64,000 bases of DNA, taken from positions 7,235 through 71,234 of the forward strand of contig JACPQF010000008.1 of the NCBI GenBank assembly GCA_016190625.1, read 5' to 3'. Shown here piece by piece: positions 10,269 to 18,979 of the stretch; positions within the stretch are counted from its first letter, which is position 1, and each line of letters starts with the position of its first letter. Origin of the DNA: Chloroflexota bacterium. Lineage in GTDB: Bacteria > Chloroflexota > Dehalococcoidia > JACPQF01. The translations under genes and the position numbers were made by a program. Under the pieces are notes generated by a model, which was given only the letters and a program-made list of their open reading frames with translations, had not been told where the DNA came from and did no database searches.

Positions 10269-10459
10269 AACGCCATGAGCTCCTACAGCATTTGCGAACG
10301 AATGGCTGCTATCTGAAACGCGAAGGCCGTTCGCACTCGCTCTGGACCAATCCGCAAACAGGGCAAGTCGAGGCGATTCCACGCCACGTAGAGATCGCCG
10401 ATAAGTTGGCCGTGAAGATCTGTCGAAGGCTGTCGGTCCCCAACGTCAAGAAAACGTAA
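10265..10459 (+). CDS. hicA: HicA-family mRNA interferase toxin
   Basis: 64 aa MKRHELLQHLRTNGCYLKREGRSHSLWTNPQTGQVEAIPRHVEIADKLAVKICRRLSV (YcfA/HicA dsRBD-like fold). This frame is embedded in six-frame ORF 10094..10459; the start was chosen at the ATG overlapping the hicB stop. Confidence 0.85.
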   Translation: MKRHELLQHLRTNGCYLKREGRSHSLWTNPQTGQVEAIPRHVEIADKLAVKICRRLSVPNVKKT

Positions 10460-10592
10460 GAGAGGACCACGCAGGTCCGGCGAGCGTGGGACAGTGCCAG
10501 CCCCCTTGTCTTGTCTGACGCAGTCGCTCTTGCTACCATCACATGCCAAACACCGATCCCGGCGCTCTGCCCGGACGGATCGGCTGTCTGCA

Positions 10593-10622
10593 TTGACAGA
10601 CACACCCTTCCTCGCCTATAAT
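10593..10622 (+). promoter_or_regulatory. near-consensus sigma70 promoter (TTGACA-18 nt-TATAAT) for comB
   Basis: TTGACA at 10593-10598 and TATAAT at 10617-10622; a G-rich SD (GGGGGAGGGGGGAAG) then the ATG at 10643. Confidence 0.6.
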
Positions 10623-10642
10623 CCGCAGGGGGAGGGGGGAAG

Positions 10643-11449
10643 ATGATTGTCGAAGTGGCCGTGCTTCCTCAGATGCTTCGTGGCGTCGAGCGGAAGACCT
10701 GCATCATCGTCGACGTGCTGCGGGCTAGCACCACGCTGGTGACGATGCTGGAGCGCGGGGCGGAGACGATTCGCCTGGCGGCTGGCGTCGACGAGGCGCG
10801 GGATCTCTTCCGAAGCCGACCCGGCGCCCTGCTCTGCGGCGAACACGGCGGCCTTGCCCCCGCCGGGTTTCACCACGGGAACTCCCCCGTCGAGTACTGC
10901 TCCCTCGATCTGAGGGGAAAAGAGGTCGTCTTCGCCACAAGCAATGGGACAAAGGCGCTGACCGCCGTGGCTGGCTCGCCTGGCGTTCTCATCGGCTGCT
11001 TTCGCAACGCTTCGGCGGTGATCGACACTGCTCTGGCGGCCGGGCGGGATATCGCCCTAGTATGCTCGGGTCGGGCCAGCGGCACAGCCTACGGCCTCGA
11101 CGACGTCTTCTGCGCTGGCTACTTGGTAGGCAGGATAATGGCGCACGTCGAGATCAACGATGCATCGCCGTCCGAAGCGGACATCGCCCGGCTGGTTTCC
11201 AGCGGCGAGTTCGAGACAGAGGGCTGGTACCTCGACGAGTCAGCTATGGCGGCCCACCGCCTGTGCACGACCTATCGAGACGACGTTTTGGCGGCGTTCA
11301 GAGACAGCGGCAACGGGAAACATCTGATTCAACTGGGATTGGAAAGCGATTTGCATTTCTGCGGAGAAGTGGATACCAGCCGGGTGGTGCCAATGCTGGC
11401 TGGCTCAGAAGGCGGGCTTCGGGTCGTCAAGAGGGCTGAAGTTGCCTGA
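10643..11449 (+). CDS. comB: 2-phosphosulfolactate phosphatase (ComB) family protein
   Basis: 268 aa; CIIVDVLRASTTLVTMLERGA...FATSNGTKAL...DDVFCAGYLV matches the ComB family fold and motifs. Confidence 0.8.
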   Translation: MIVEVAVLPQMLRGVERKTCIIVDVLRASTTLVTMLERGAETIRLAAGVDEARDLFRSRPGALLCGEHGGLAPAGFHHGNSPVEYCSLDLRGKEVVFATSNGTKALTAVAGSPGVLIGCFRNASAVIDTALAAGRDIALVCSGRASGTAYGLDDVFCAGYLVGRIMAHVEINDASPSEADIARLVSSGEFETEGWYLDESAMAAHRLCTTYRDDVLAAFRDSGNGKHLIQLGLESDLHFCGEVDTSRVVPMLAGSEGGLRVVKRAEVA

Positions 11450-11863
11450 TTCGAAGGGGTCGAGAGCCTTCGCATCAGCCATTTTCAGCCCCCTTCACCC
11501 GCAGCTTGAGATAGCTACCGAGTAGTGCGGGTTATGATGTCGTAGGAGCGGTGTCCTTCCGCAGAAGGATGACCGCCCCCTTGGCCGCCACGGAGGGACG
11601 GCCACCACGGCATCAACAAGACCCAAATTACTCGGTACGAGCTAGTCAGCGTTCTTCAAAAAGGACGCTAGCACGCCTCCCCGGCAATCTCCATGTGCCT
11701 GTTAGGCTACCAAGAAGAACATTACCACTATGTGGCCACACCGGGCTGGCATGCGCCGGCAGGGCCGTCTTGCCGCGGGGTTTTGGCACGCGTCCTGCAT
11801 CGGATAGAGGACTCTTTCCGGAAGGCCAGCCAGTAGGGCTACAGTCTCATTAAGGATAATGCG

Positions 11864-13105
11864 ATGTTGTACTTATCTCAAATCATCGGGCGATCGATAC
11901 GCGATCGCCAGAACGAGGCCATCGCCACCATCAAAGACCTCATCGTCCGCCTTGGCGAGGAGGCTTATCCTCCCGTGGTCGGACTGATCGCGAGAACCGG
12001 GGCCAGGGATTTCTTTGTCCCCTGGGTGCAGGTTGCCGAGCTGACGGAGCGGGGCGCCAAGTTGTCCACGTTCAAAGTCAACCTTGAGCCTTTTGCCCGT
12101 CGCGACGGAGAGGTTCTCCTCACGAGGGACGTGTTGGACAAACAGCTTGTGGATGTGAACGGCCGGCGGGTAGTTAGAGTCAACGACCTTCAGTTGGCGC
12201 CTGTCGACAGCGAGGTAAGAGTAGTGGGAGTAGACGTAAGTCCCCAGGCCATCCTCCGGAGGCTCGGACCAGCCTCGTTGTTTGGTAAGCTGCAAAGCCG
12301 CGAGATAATCGATTGGGCTAACGTCGAGTACCTTGTCACCCACGCGCCAGCCGTGCGCCTGAAGATGTCTCACGAGCGCCTGTCCAAGCTCCACCCGGTC
12401 GATATCGCCAGGATCATCGATTCCCTGTCCTATCATCAGGGCGCCGAGATCGTCGGATCGCTGGACACAGCCACTGCCGCCGACACCATCGAGGAGATGA
12501 GTCCCGAACGACAGGTCGATATCGTCGAGGGCATGGAAGAGGAGAAGGCAGCCGACATCCTGGAGGAGATGGCGCCCGACGAGGCCGCAGACATCCTCGC
12601 CGAGCTTTCCGAAGAGAAAGCCGAGGACCTGCTCGAGCTCATGGACGAGGAAGAGGCCGATGACGTCAGAGAGCTCATGGAATATGAGGAGGATACCGCC
12701 GGTGGAATCATGACGACCGACTTCGCGGCAATCCCCTCTTCGTCCACCGTGGGCGAGGCCATCGAGCACATTCGGCGGCTGGAGGAGAAGCCTGATTTCC
12801 TCTTCTACGTCTATGTGGTCGAGAGCGAAACAGATGGCCGCCTGGTTGGGGCCGTCTCATTGAGGGACCTCCTATTGGCGGAGCCAACGGAGCTAATTGT
12901 CGACGTCATGCAACGCGAACTGAGGGTCGGCAACGCCGACGACTCCGCTCGCGATGTCGCTCGCAAGATCGCCGAATACAACCTGCAGGCTCTTCCCGTG
13001 GTGGACGACAAAGAAGAGATCCTCGGCGTCGTCACCTTGGACGATGCGATGGAGATCATTTTGCCAGAGCCGTGGCGACGGCGTCTCCCCAAGGTTTTCC
13101 GATGA
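11864..13105 (+). CDS. soluble PRC-barrel + MgtE-N + tandem CBS domain protein (MgtE-like cytoplasmic Mg2+-sensing module lacking the transmembrane domain)
   Basis: N-terminal PRC-barrel-like region (DVNGRRVVRVNDLQLAPVDSEVRVVGVDV). Acidic helical MgtE-N region (IARIIDSLSYHQGAEIVGSLDTATAADTIEEMSPERQVDIVEGMEEEKAADILEEMAPDEAADILAEL). CBS pair (AGGIMTTDFAAIPSSSTVGEAIEHIRR...AVSLRDLL...LPVVDDKEEILGVVTLDDAM). No hydrophobic segments. Confidence 0.8.
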   Translation: MLYLSQIIGRSIRDRQNEAIATIKDLIVRLGEEAYPPVVGLIARTGARDFFVPWVQVAELTERGAKLSTFKVNLEPFARRDGEVLLTRDVLDKQLVDVNGRRVVRVNDLQLAPVDSEVRVVGVDVSPQAILRRLGPASLFGKLQSREIIDWANVEYLVTHAPAVRLKMSHERLSKLHPVDIARIIDSLSYHQGAEIVGSLDTATAADTIEEMSPERQVDIVEGMEEEKAADILEEMAPDEAADILAELSEEKAEDLLELMDEEEADDVRELMEYEEDTAGGIMTTDFAAIPSSSTVGEAIEHIRRLEEKPDFLFYVYVVESETDGRLVGAVSLRDLLLAEPTELIVDVMQRELRVGNADDSARDVARKIAEYNLQALPVVDDKEEILGVVTLDDAMEIILPEPWRRRLPKVFR

Positions 13106-13125
13106 TCTCTAATCAGGAGAGATAG

Positions 13126-14463
13126 TTGCCGGACGATAGCAAGACCTCTGCGGGCGGGCTGCCCGAAGGAGAGAAAGGGACGAGCGCTGGCCAGCCCGTC
13201 CCGGAGGCACCGGCGCGGCGGCTCGCGGCCACACGACGCGATGTGCTGACGTATCTCGCCATTCTGGGGCCGGGCATTATCGCCGCCGTGGCAGGCAACG
13301 ACGCCGGTGGCATCGCGGTGTACTCTCACGCCGGCGCGGCCTTCGGCTATCAGTTGCTCTGGGCGCTCGCCATCATCACCATCAGCTTGATCGTCGTCCA
13401 GTTGATGAGCGCCCGCATGGGCGCCGTCACCGGCAAGGGATTGGCGGACCTCGTTCGGGAGGAGTTCGGCATCCGTTGGACGGCGCTGGCCATGCTGGCT
13501 CTGCTAGTCGCCAACGGCGGCACCACCATTGCCGAGTTCGCCGGCATCGCCGCTGCCGCCGAGTTGCTGGGTATCAGCCGCTACATCGCCGTTCCCTTGA
13601 TGGGCCTCTTCATCTGGCTAGTGGTTGTCCGCGCTTCCTATCGAACGGCAGAACGGATCTTCTTGACCCTGTCGGCTGTCTTCGCCGTCTACTTCATCGC
13701 CCCCTTTCTTGCCCATCCGGACTGGAACGTAGTCATTAGGTCCACTGCAGTGCCCTCATTCAACGTCAGTGCTGGCTTTCTGACAGCCATCATCACGCTG
13801 GTCGGCACTACCGTAACGCCCTACATGCAGCTCTTCGTCCAGTCGGCGGTCGTGGACAAAGGAGTAACCATCCGTGATTATCGCTTCGCCCGCCTCGACG
13901 TGATCTTCGGCTCGGTTTTCGCTATCTTCGTAGCCTTCTTCATCATCGTAACCACCGGAACAATTCTCCATCCGGAGGGAATTGCCGTGGAAACCGCCGA
14001 GGATGCCGCCAAAGCGCTGGCGCCTCTGGCGGGCGAATACGCTACCATCCTATTCGCCGTCGGTCTGTTTGGCGCCTCGATGCTGGCGGCCAGCATCCTG
14101 CCGCTTTCGACCGCCTACGCTACCTGTGAGGCTTTCGGCTGGGAGAGAGGAGTGTCGAAGGGGTTCGGCGAGGCCCCGGTCTTCAACGGGCTGTACACGG
14201 GGCTGATAGCTCTCTCCGTGCTGGTGGTCCTGCTCCCCGGACTACCACTCATCGGCGCCATCATCCTGAGCCAGTTCATCGACGGCCTCCTGCTTCCCGT
14301 CGTTCTCGTCTTCATGCTCAAGCTGAGCAACAACCGGGAAGTGATGGGCGACCACGTGAACGGCCCCTGGTTCAACCTCATCGCCTGGTCGACGGCAGTT
14401 GTCCTCATCGCCCTGTCAGCCGTCCTGCTGGCAACCTCGCTGGCCGGGATGCTGCCCATCTAG
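13126..14463 (+). CDS. Nramp/SLC11-family transporter with non-canonical metal-site residues
   Basis: 445 aa, about 11 TM segments; TM1 GPGIIAAVAGNDAGGIAVYSHAGAAFGYQLLW and TM6 VGTTVTPYMQLFVQSAVV. TTG start with an AGGAGAG SD 21 nt after the stop of the upstream MgtE-N/CBS gene. Confidence 0.85.
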   Translation: MPDDSKTSAGGLPEGEKGTSAGQPVPEAPARRLAATRRDVLTYLAILGPGIIAAVAGNDAGGIAVYSHAGAAFGYQLLWALAIITISLIVVQLMSARMGAVTGKGLADLVREEFGIRWTALAMLALLVANGGTTIAEFAGIAAAAELLGISRYIAVPLMGLFIWLVVVRASYRTAERIFLTLSAVFAVYFIAPFLAHPDWNVVIRSTAVPSFNVSAGFLTAIITLVGTTVTPYMQLFVQSAVVDKGVTIRDYRFARLDVIFGSVFAIFVAFFIIVTTGTILHPEGIAVETAEDAAKALAPLAGEYATILFAVGLFGASMLAASILPLSTAYATCEAFGWERGVSKGFGEAPVFNGLYTGLIALSVLVVLLPGLPLIGAIILSQFIDGLLLPVVLVFMLKLSNNREVMGDHVNGPWFNLIAWSTAVVLIALSAVLLATSLAGMLPI

Positions 14464-14520
14464 TGCCTGCCCCGACAAGCCCCGCGTCAGCCGGCGAGCG
14501 CAATATTTGCACGGCAGGCC

Positions 14521-15843
14521 CTAGGCCTCATGCAGCACGGTCCTGCTACCTCCTTGCTGTTTCGCGATATACATGGCGGCGTCAGCCTGAGCGAGCACTG
14601 TCGCGGTATCTTGCGAGCCATCGATAACCGCCATCCCGATACTGAGACCCAGCGCAAAGCCAAGTCCATCCACCGAGAAATCGAACTCCTTCACGGCGCG
14701 GCACATTCGCGCCGCCACTAACTCCCCCTGAAGGCTATTCGCTCCCATCAGCAGAACTGCGAATTCATCGCCACCCACGCGGGCCAGTAGGTCCTCGAAG
14801 CGCAATTCCTTTTGCAGCAAACTTGCCAGAGAAATGAGCACCCTGTCTCCAACAACATGGCCGCGAGCATCGTTGACGGCTTTAAAATCGTCCACATCCA
14901 GCAGCAGAACCGTACTGGAGACTCCCCGCCGAGCGCGTGCAACCGCGGTGTCCATCGCCGCTTCCAGCGAGCGACGGTTGAATAGATCGGTCAATGAGTC
15001 GTGGCTAGCCTGGTAAGCAAGTTGTTGTTCGTATTGCTTGCGCTGCGTGATATCCCGCGAGATTCCCATCACGGCGGCCACTTCGCCGGCGGCATCCCTG
15101 AGCGGGGCGAGCCAGGTATCCAGCCATAATGCGTGACCTGGGAACGCCGTGCAGGTCTCGCGGTAGATTGGCTTGCCGGTCCGGAAAACCTCCTGCAAGC
15201 CTTGCTCCTGTCGAGTTGACACTTCAGGCGGGAACAAGGCCTCCCGCCGTTTTCCTATGATTTCCTCTGGTCGCACCTGGAACTGTTCCGCTGCGAACGT
15301 ATTCACGTATTCCATGGTCCCGTCCCGACCCACTATGAAGATCATGTCGCGAGCCGTTTCGGCTAACGCCCGGTACCGCTCTTCGCTCGCCCTCAGCGCT
15401 TCTCCCTCCGCCCGGCGTTCGGAGACCTCGTGCTCTAGGTCTTCGTTGGCCTGTCGTAGCCTCGCCATCAGCCGACCACGTTCCTCATTGATCGCCGCCT
15501 GCGATTTCATTCTGTCAGCTACCATAGCGCTGAGGAAGCCAATAATCGCCAAGGCCAGCACGTACGACACCTCCGTCCTAACCGGCCCACCGAGCATGGC
15601 GAGACGGGGCAACCGAAGCAGGAGAGTGGCAGCGGCGACCAAGGCGACCGTGCGAGGCGAGAGGTAGAAGACTGCCATAATCGAGGGCAGGGCGAACAAG
15701 AGGGCAGGCAACATTCCTCCGCGAGTGAAAAGGAGGTCGAAGATAAACGAGCCGATGGCTATAACTATGACCAAGGCTAGAATAATACGCTGTCGTGTCA
15801 CGTGTCCTATCCTCGCGCGGGATGACGCTGGGCAGCGATCCAA
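14521..15843 (-). CDS. membrane-anchored PAS-GGDEF diguanylate cyclase
   Basis: Three or four N-terminal TM helices, a coiled-coil, a PAS-like region (DMIFIVGRDGTMEYVN), and a GGDEF domain with RxGGDEF (LARVGGDEFAVLL) and an I-site-like RGHVVGD motif. The true start is likely internal to the ORF. Confidence 0.85.
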   Translation of the reverse strand: MDRCPASSRARIGHVTRQRIILALVIVIAIGSFIFDLLFTRGGMLPALLFALPSIMAVFYLSPRTVALVAAATLLLRLPRLAMLGGPVRTEVSYVLALAIIGFLSAMVADRMKSQAAINEERGRLMARLRQANEDLEHEVSERRAEGEALRASEERYRALAETARDMIFIVGRDGTMEYVNTFAAEQFQVRPEEIIGKRREALFPPEVSTRQEQGLQEVFRTGKPIYRETCTAFPGHALWLDTWLAPLRDAAGEVAAVMGISRDITQRKQYEQQLAYQASHDSLTDLFNRRSLEAAMDTAVARARRGVSSTVLLLDVDDFKAVNDARGHVVGDRVLISLASLLQKELRFEDLLARVGGDEFAVLLMGANSLQGELVAARMCRAVKEFDFSVDGLGFALGLSIGMAVIDGSQDTATVLAQADAAMYIAKQQGGSRTVLHEA

Positions 15844-15917
15844 TCATATCACTTTCGTATCAGGGCGTCGAGAGAGCTGAAGGTGGGTTAGAGTGGCCGG
15901 CAAGACCGCTGGGGCGG

Positions 15918-17678
15918 CTACCTTAGCGTCAGCGGGAAATGGAGTTTGCTCAACCCGCCGCCATCCGGTCCGGCGATGGTAGAGGTCCAGGCCGAGGAGC
16001 TGCTGGGGAAGGGCCGGACGTTCCCGGCGTTATCCGTCGCCCTCACACGAAAATAGTAGGTGCGCCCGGCTGTTCCGTCAAGAAACAGGCTGGATGTACT
16101 AGTGGTCCCGGTTAGCCACGAACGCCACGCGCCCGACGAACCCTCCTTGAACTGGAGGTCAGAGGAGGCAATGCCAGAGGGACTATCTGACCCCTGCCAG
16201 GCCACCCTGAACCAGGTGCGGGCCTGCGTCGGCGACAGAGAGACCATAGAGGAAGTCGGGGCGATGGCGTCCACCGTCGTAACCGCATCGCCATTCCCGC
16301 CGGCATAGGTCCCGACGTCGCCGGCGTTATCGGTCGCTCTCGACTGGAAGTAGTAGGTTTGGCCCTGGCCACCAGCAAATGAGGCCGACATGGCCGTGGT
16401 CTGCGTGAGCCAGTCCTGCCAGTTCCCCCCGGCGAGCTTATATTGGACGTCGTAGCTCTGGATGCCGGTCCCGCTCCTGTCGGTCCCGGACCAGCTAACC
16501 GTGAAGGATATCGTCCTCTGATAGGTGGCGAGGCTGGCCACGGCGGCGGTCGGCGGCAGGGATTTCGGCATGCTCTTTAGCGCCGAGTAGGCCAGACGAA
16601 ACTTGATGGCGTTGGTGCCGGGGCTGCAGGGGTTGTCCCGGTAGGTTAGCGAGTAGTAGCGCATGGGATTGCACATGTTGGTATTGCCAGGGCAGCCAGC
16701 CTGATAGTAGTCGGCGCCGAAGTCGAGGTTGAAGACGAACATGGCCCCCATCCAGGACCAGTTGGCAAGCGCATAGTTAAAGGCTCTGACCAGGTAGTCC
16801 GCCTGGGTAGGTTCGCCTACCTTCTGCCAGTTCCGGTCGGGCCAGTCGCAGCCCGTATCGAGCAGCCAGCCAAACTCGGTGGCCCAGATCGGCTTCCCGC
16901 CATCGCCGTTGGCTGCCATCACCGCGTATTGTTGCTCGGCCCGACGGAAAGCCAATCCGGAGGCCGCGCCCGGATCGTACTCCGGGGGATAAGCAAAGCC
17001 ATAGGGATGAGAGCCGAGGACGTCGAAGTAGCCGCGGGCGCCGGCGTTGTACATCTGTTGAATGAAATCCAGATCGTCCAGGGCAAAGCCGCCATGCTCG
17101 CCATTGGTCGCCAGCCCGGCAGTGACCACGAGAGCGTTGGGATCGCCGGCCTTGATTCGCCCGTAAACCGCCTGAAGCATCTGGGCGTAACGCCCGGGGT
17201 CGGGCGCGCCGCCGCCCCATTCCGAGGCGAGGTTTGGCTCGTTCCAGATCTCGTAGGCGGTGACCTTGCCTCGCAAATGGCTCGCCAGGGCGTAGAGAAA
17301 GTCGCCGAAATCGTTCAGGTTGGACGGCGGCGCCGTGCCTCCCACGCCATTTTCCCAGGCAGGCGCACCATCCACGCGAATAAGTAGTTGGAGGTTCCTG
17401 CCTTGCGCCGCATTGGCGATGTTGTCGGCATCGTTAGCACGACCACCGTTCCAGGCATAGTCGCCTTTGGAAAACTCGCTGCGGGCCCAGGACAGGCCTA
17501 CCTTCATGTAGCCAAAGCCCAGATCGGACACATAGGCGGAGTTGGCGAGGTCGGCGACGCTTACGCCGTAGCCGAGGGGGCCGGCTCTAGCAGTGGCGCT
17601 GGCAGCGCGGCGGGCAGACTGAGGCGGCAAGATGGCCATGGCCACTATCAGAACCGGTAAAACCCAGCGCACCAGCAA
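15918..17678 (-). CDS. secreted glycoside hydrolase (clan GH-A, cellulase/GH5-like) with two C-terminal Fn3-like beta-sandwich domains
   Basis: Signal peptide MLVRWVLPVLIVAMAILPPQSARRAAS. Catalytic-acid motif VTAYEIWNEPNL. Two repeated ~90-aa domains ending YYFQSRATDNAGDVG and YYFRVRATDNAGNV. Ends with the tail LSKLHFPLTLR. Confidence 0.75.
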   Translation of the reverse strand: MLVRWVLPVLIVAMAILPPQSARRAASATARAGPLGYGVSVADLANSAYVSDLGFGYMKVGLSWARSEFSKGDYAWNGGRANDADNIANAAQGRNLQLLIRVDGAPAWENGVGGTAPPSNLNDFGDFLYALASHLRGKVTAYEIWNEPNLASEWGGGAPDPGRYAQMLQAVYGRIKAGDPNALVVTAGLATNGEHGGFALDDLDFIQQMYNAGARGYFDVLGSHPYGFAYPPEYDPGAASGLAFRRAEQQYAVMAANGDGGKPIWATEFGWLLDTGCDWPDRNWQKVGEPTQADYLVRAFNYALANWSWMGAMFVFNLDFGADYYQAGCPGNTNMCNPMRYYSLTYRDNPCSPGTNAIKFRLAYSALKSMPKSLPPTAAVASLATYQRTISFTVSWSGTDRSGTGIQSYDVQYKLAGGNWQDWLTQTTAMSASFAGGQGQTYYFQSRATDNAGDVGTYAGGNGDAVTTVDAIAPTSSMVSLSPTQARTWFRVAWQGSDSPSGIASSDLQFKEGSSGAWRSWLTGTTSTSSLFLDGTAGRTYYFRVRATDNAGNVRPFPSSSSAWTSTIAGPDGGGLSKLHFPLTLR

Positions 17679-17756
17679 TCGGAGACCGCCTTTTAGCCAG
17701 AAGGGTGTTCAGAGTAATGTTAGAGGGCAAGTCTCACATTGGCAATAGGAATTTTG

Positions 17757-18919
17757 TCATGGTTGATCGAACGCCCGGTAATCGATATGGGTCCCCGCTC
17801 TGAGTAGACAAAGCGCCCTATCGATGGCGCTGGCGATGTTCTCAAAGGCGCCAGCCATGGCCTCTTCCAGAGAGACCGGGCCGGGCACGGCAACAATGAT
17901 GCCGTCGACGCCGCAGTCGTATACGGCATTATAGCCCTCTCCCAGTCCGCCGGCGACGGTTATCAAGGGCACCTTGGCAGCGGCGGTGGCCCTGGCCACG
18001 CCCGAGACGGTCTTGCCAAACGCCGTCTGGCCGTCTATTCGCCCCTACCCACTGATGACCAGGTCGGCGCCGGCCAGGCGTTGCCGCAAGCGGGCGGCCT
18101 CCAACACGATATCAACCCCGGGCTGGAGCTCGGCCTTCAGAAAGGCGACCAGTCCTGCTGCCAGTCCACCGGCAGCCCCGGCGCCAGGCAGATCCTTCAC
18201 ATCGATGCCAAGGTCCCTCGCCACGATGTCGGCGTATCGCGCCAGCGCCCTATCCAATGTAGCCACCATTGCCGGCGTCGCTCCCTTCTGCGGTCCATAG
18301 ACTGCGGAAGCCCCTCGCGGGCCGCAGAGCGGATTGTCCACGTCCACGGCGGCGATCGCTTCCAATCCGGCAAGCCGGCGATCCAGGGCGTGGACCGTTA
18401 TCCTGTCGAGCTCGGACAGCGCCTGTCCACCCCGGCGATCTCCTCGCCCGTGGCGTTTAGAAGCCGCGCGCCCAGAGCCTGCGCCATGCCCGCACCGCCG
18501 TCGTTGGTAGCGCTGCCGCCCACTCCCACGATGAGCTTCCGACAGCCGGCGTTCAGAGCCGCGAGGATCAGCTCGCCGGTTCCGTAGGTCGTGGTCAATG
18601 AGGGATTTCGTTTCTTCAACGGAACGAGGGAAAGTCCGGAGGCTGCCGCCATTTCGATGACCCCGGTCTTCCCGTCACCCAGCACACCCCAGCGAGCTTT
18701 CACCTGCTCTCCGAGCGGCCCCGTGACCACGGCCTGCCTTAACTGACCGCCGGTCGCCGCCACCAGAGCATCCACGGTCCCATCGCCGCCGTCCGCGAGA
18801 GGAACCAGGTCGACGTTGGCATCTGGAAATACCCTAGCTACACCGGCGGCGATGGCCTCGGCCACCTGCGACGCCGAAAGGCTTTCCTTGAATGCTTGCG
18901 GGGCGATCACTATGCGCAT
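17757..18919 (-). pseudogene. glxK: glycerate kinase (GarK/GlxK family) disrupted by an in-frame TAG and a frameshift
   Basis: Three consecutive minus-strand ORFs encode the N-terminal (18398-18919), middle (18045-18365) and C-terminal (17757-17999) parts of glycerate kinase. The middle and C-terminal ORFs share a frame and are split by TAG at 18045-18047, which replaces Glu in the conserved DLVISGEGRID motif (it reads DLVISG*GRIDGQT). The N-terminal ORF is in a different frame. Confidence 0.75.
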
Positions 18920-18935
18920 GTATCACCGAAGCTGT

Positions 18936-18971
18936 CAGCAATCAGTCCTTCCGTGGAAGGACTGATTGCTG
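18936..18971. repeat. REP-like hairpin, family B: perfect 16-bp stem CAGCAATCAGTCCTTC-CGTG-GAAGGACTGATTGCTG
   Basis: Perfect palindrome between the cinA stop (18980) and the glxK start (18919); related copies at 7151-7177 and 29256-29285. Confidence 0.55.
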
Positions 18972-18979
18972 ATGGCTAC

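Noticed and set aside
18601-18640. GGGAAAGTCCGGAGGCTGCC resembles the conserved GGAAAGUCCGG core of RNase P RNA
   Set aside because: It lies inside the glycerate kinase coding sequence, in frame and encoding a conserved part of that protein. No flanking P1-P4 helices of RNase P RNA can be drawn.
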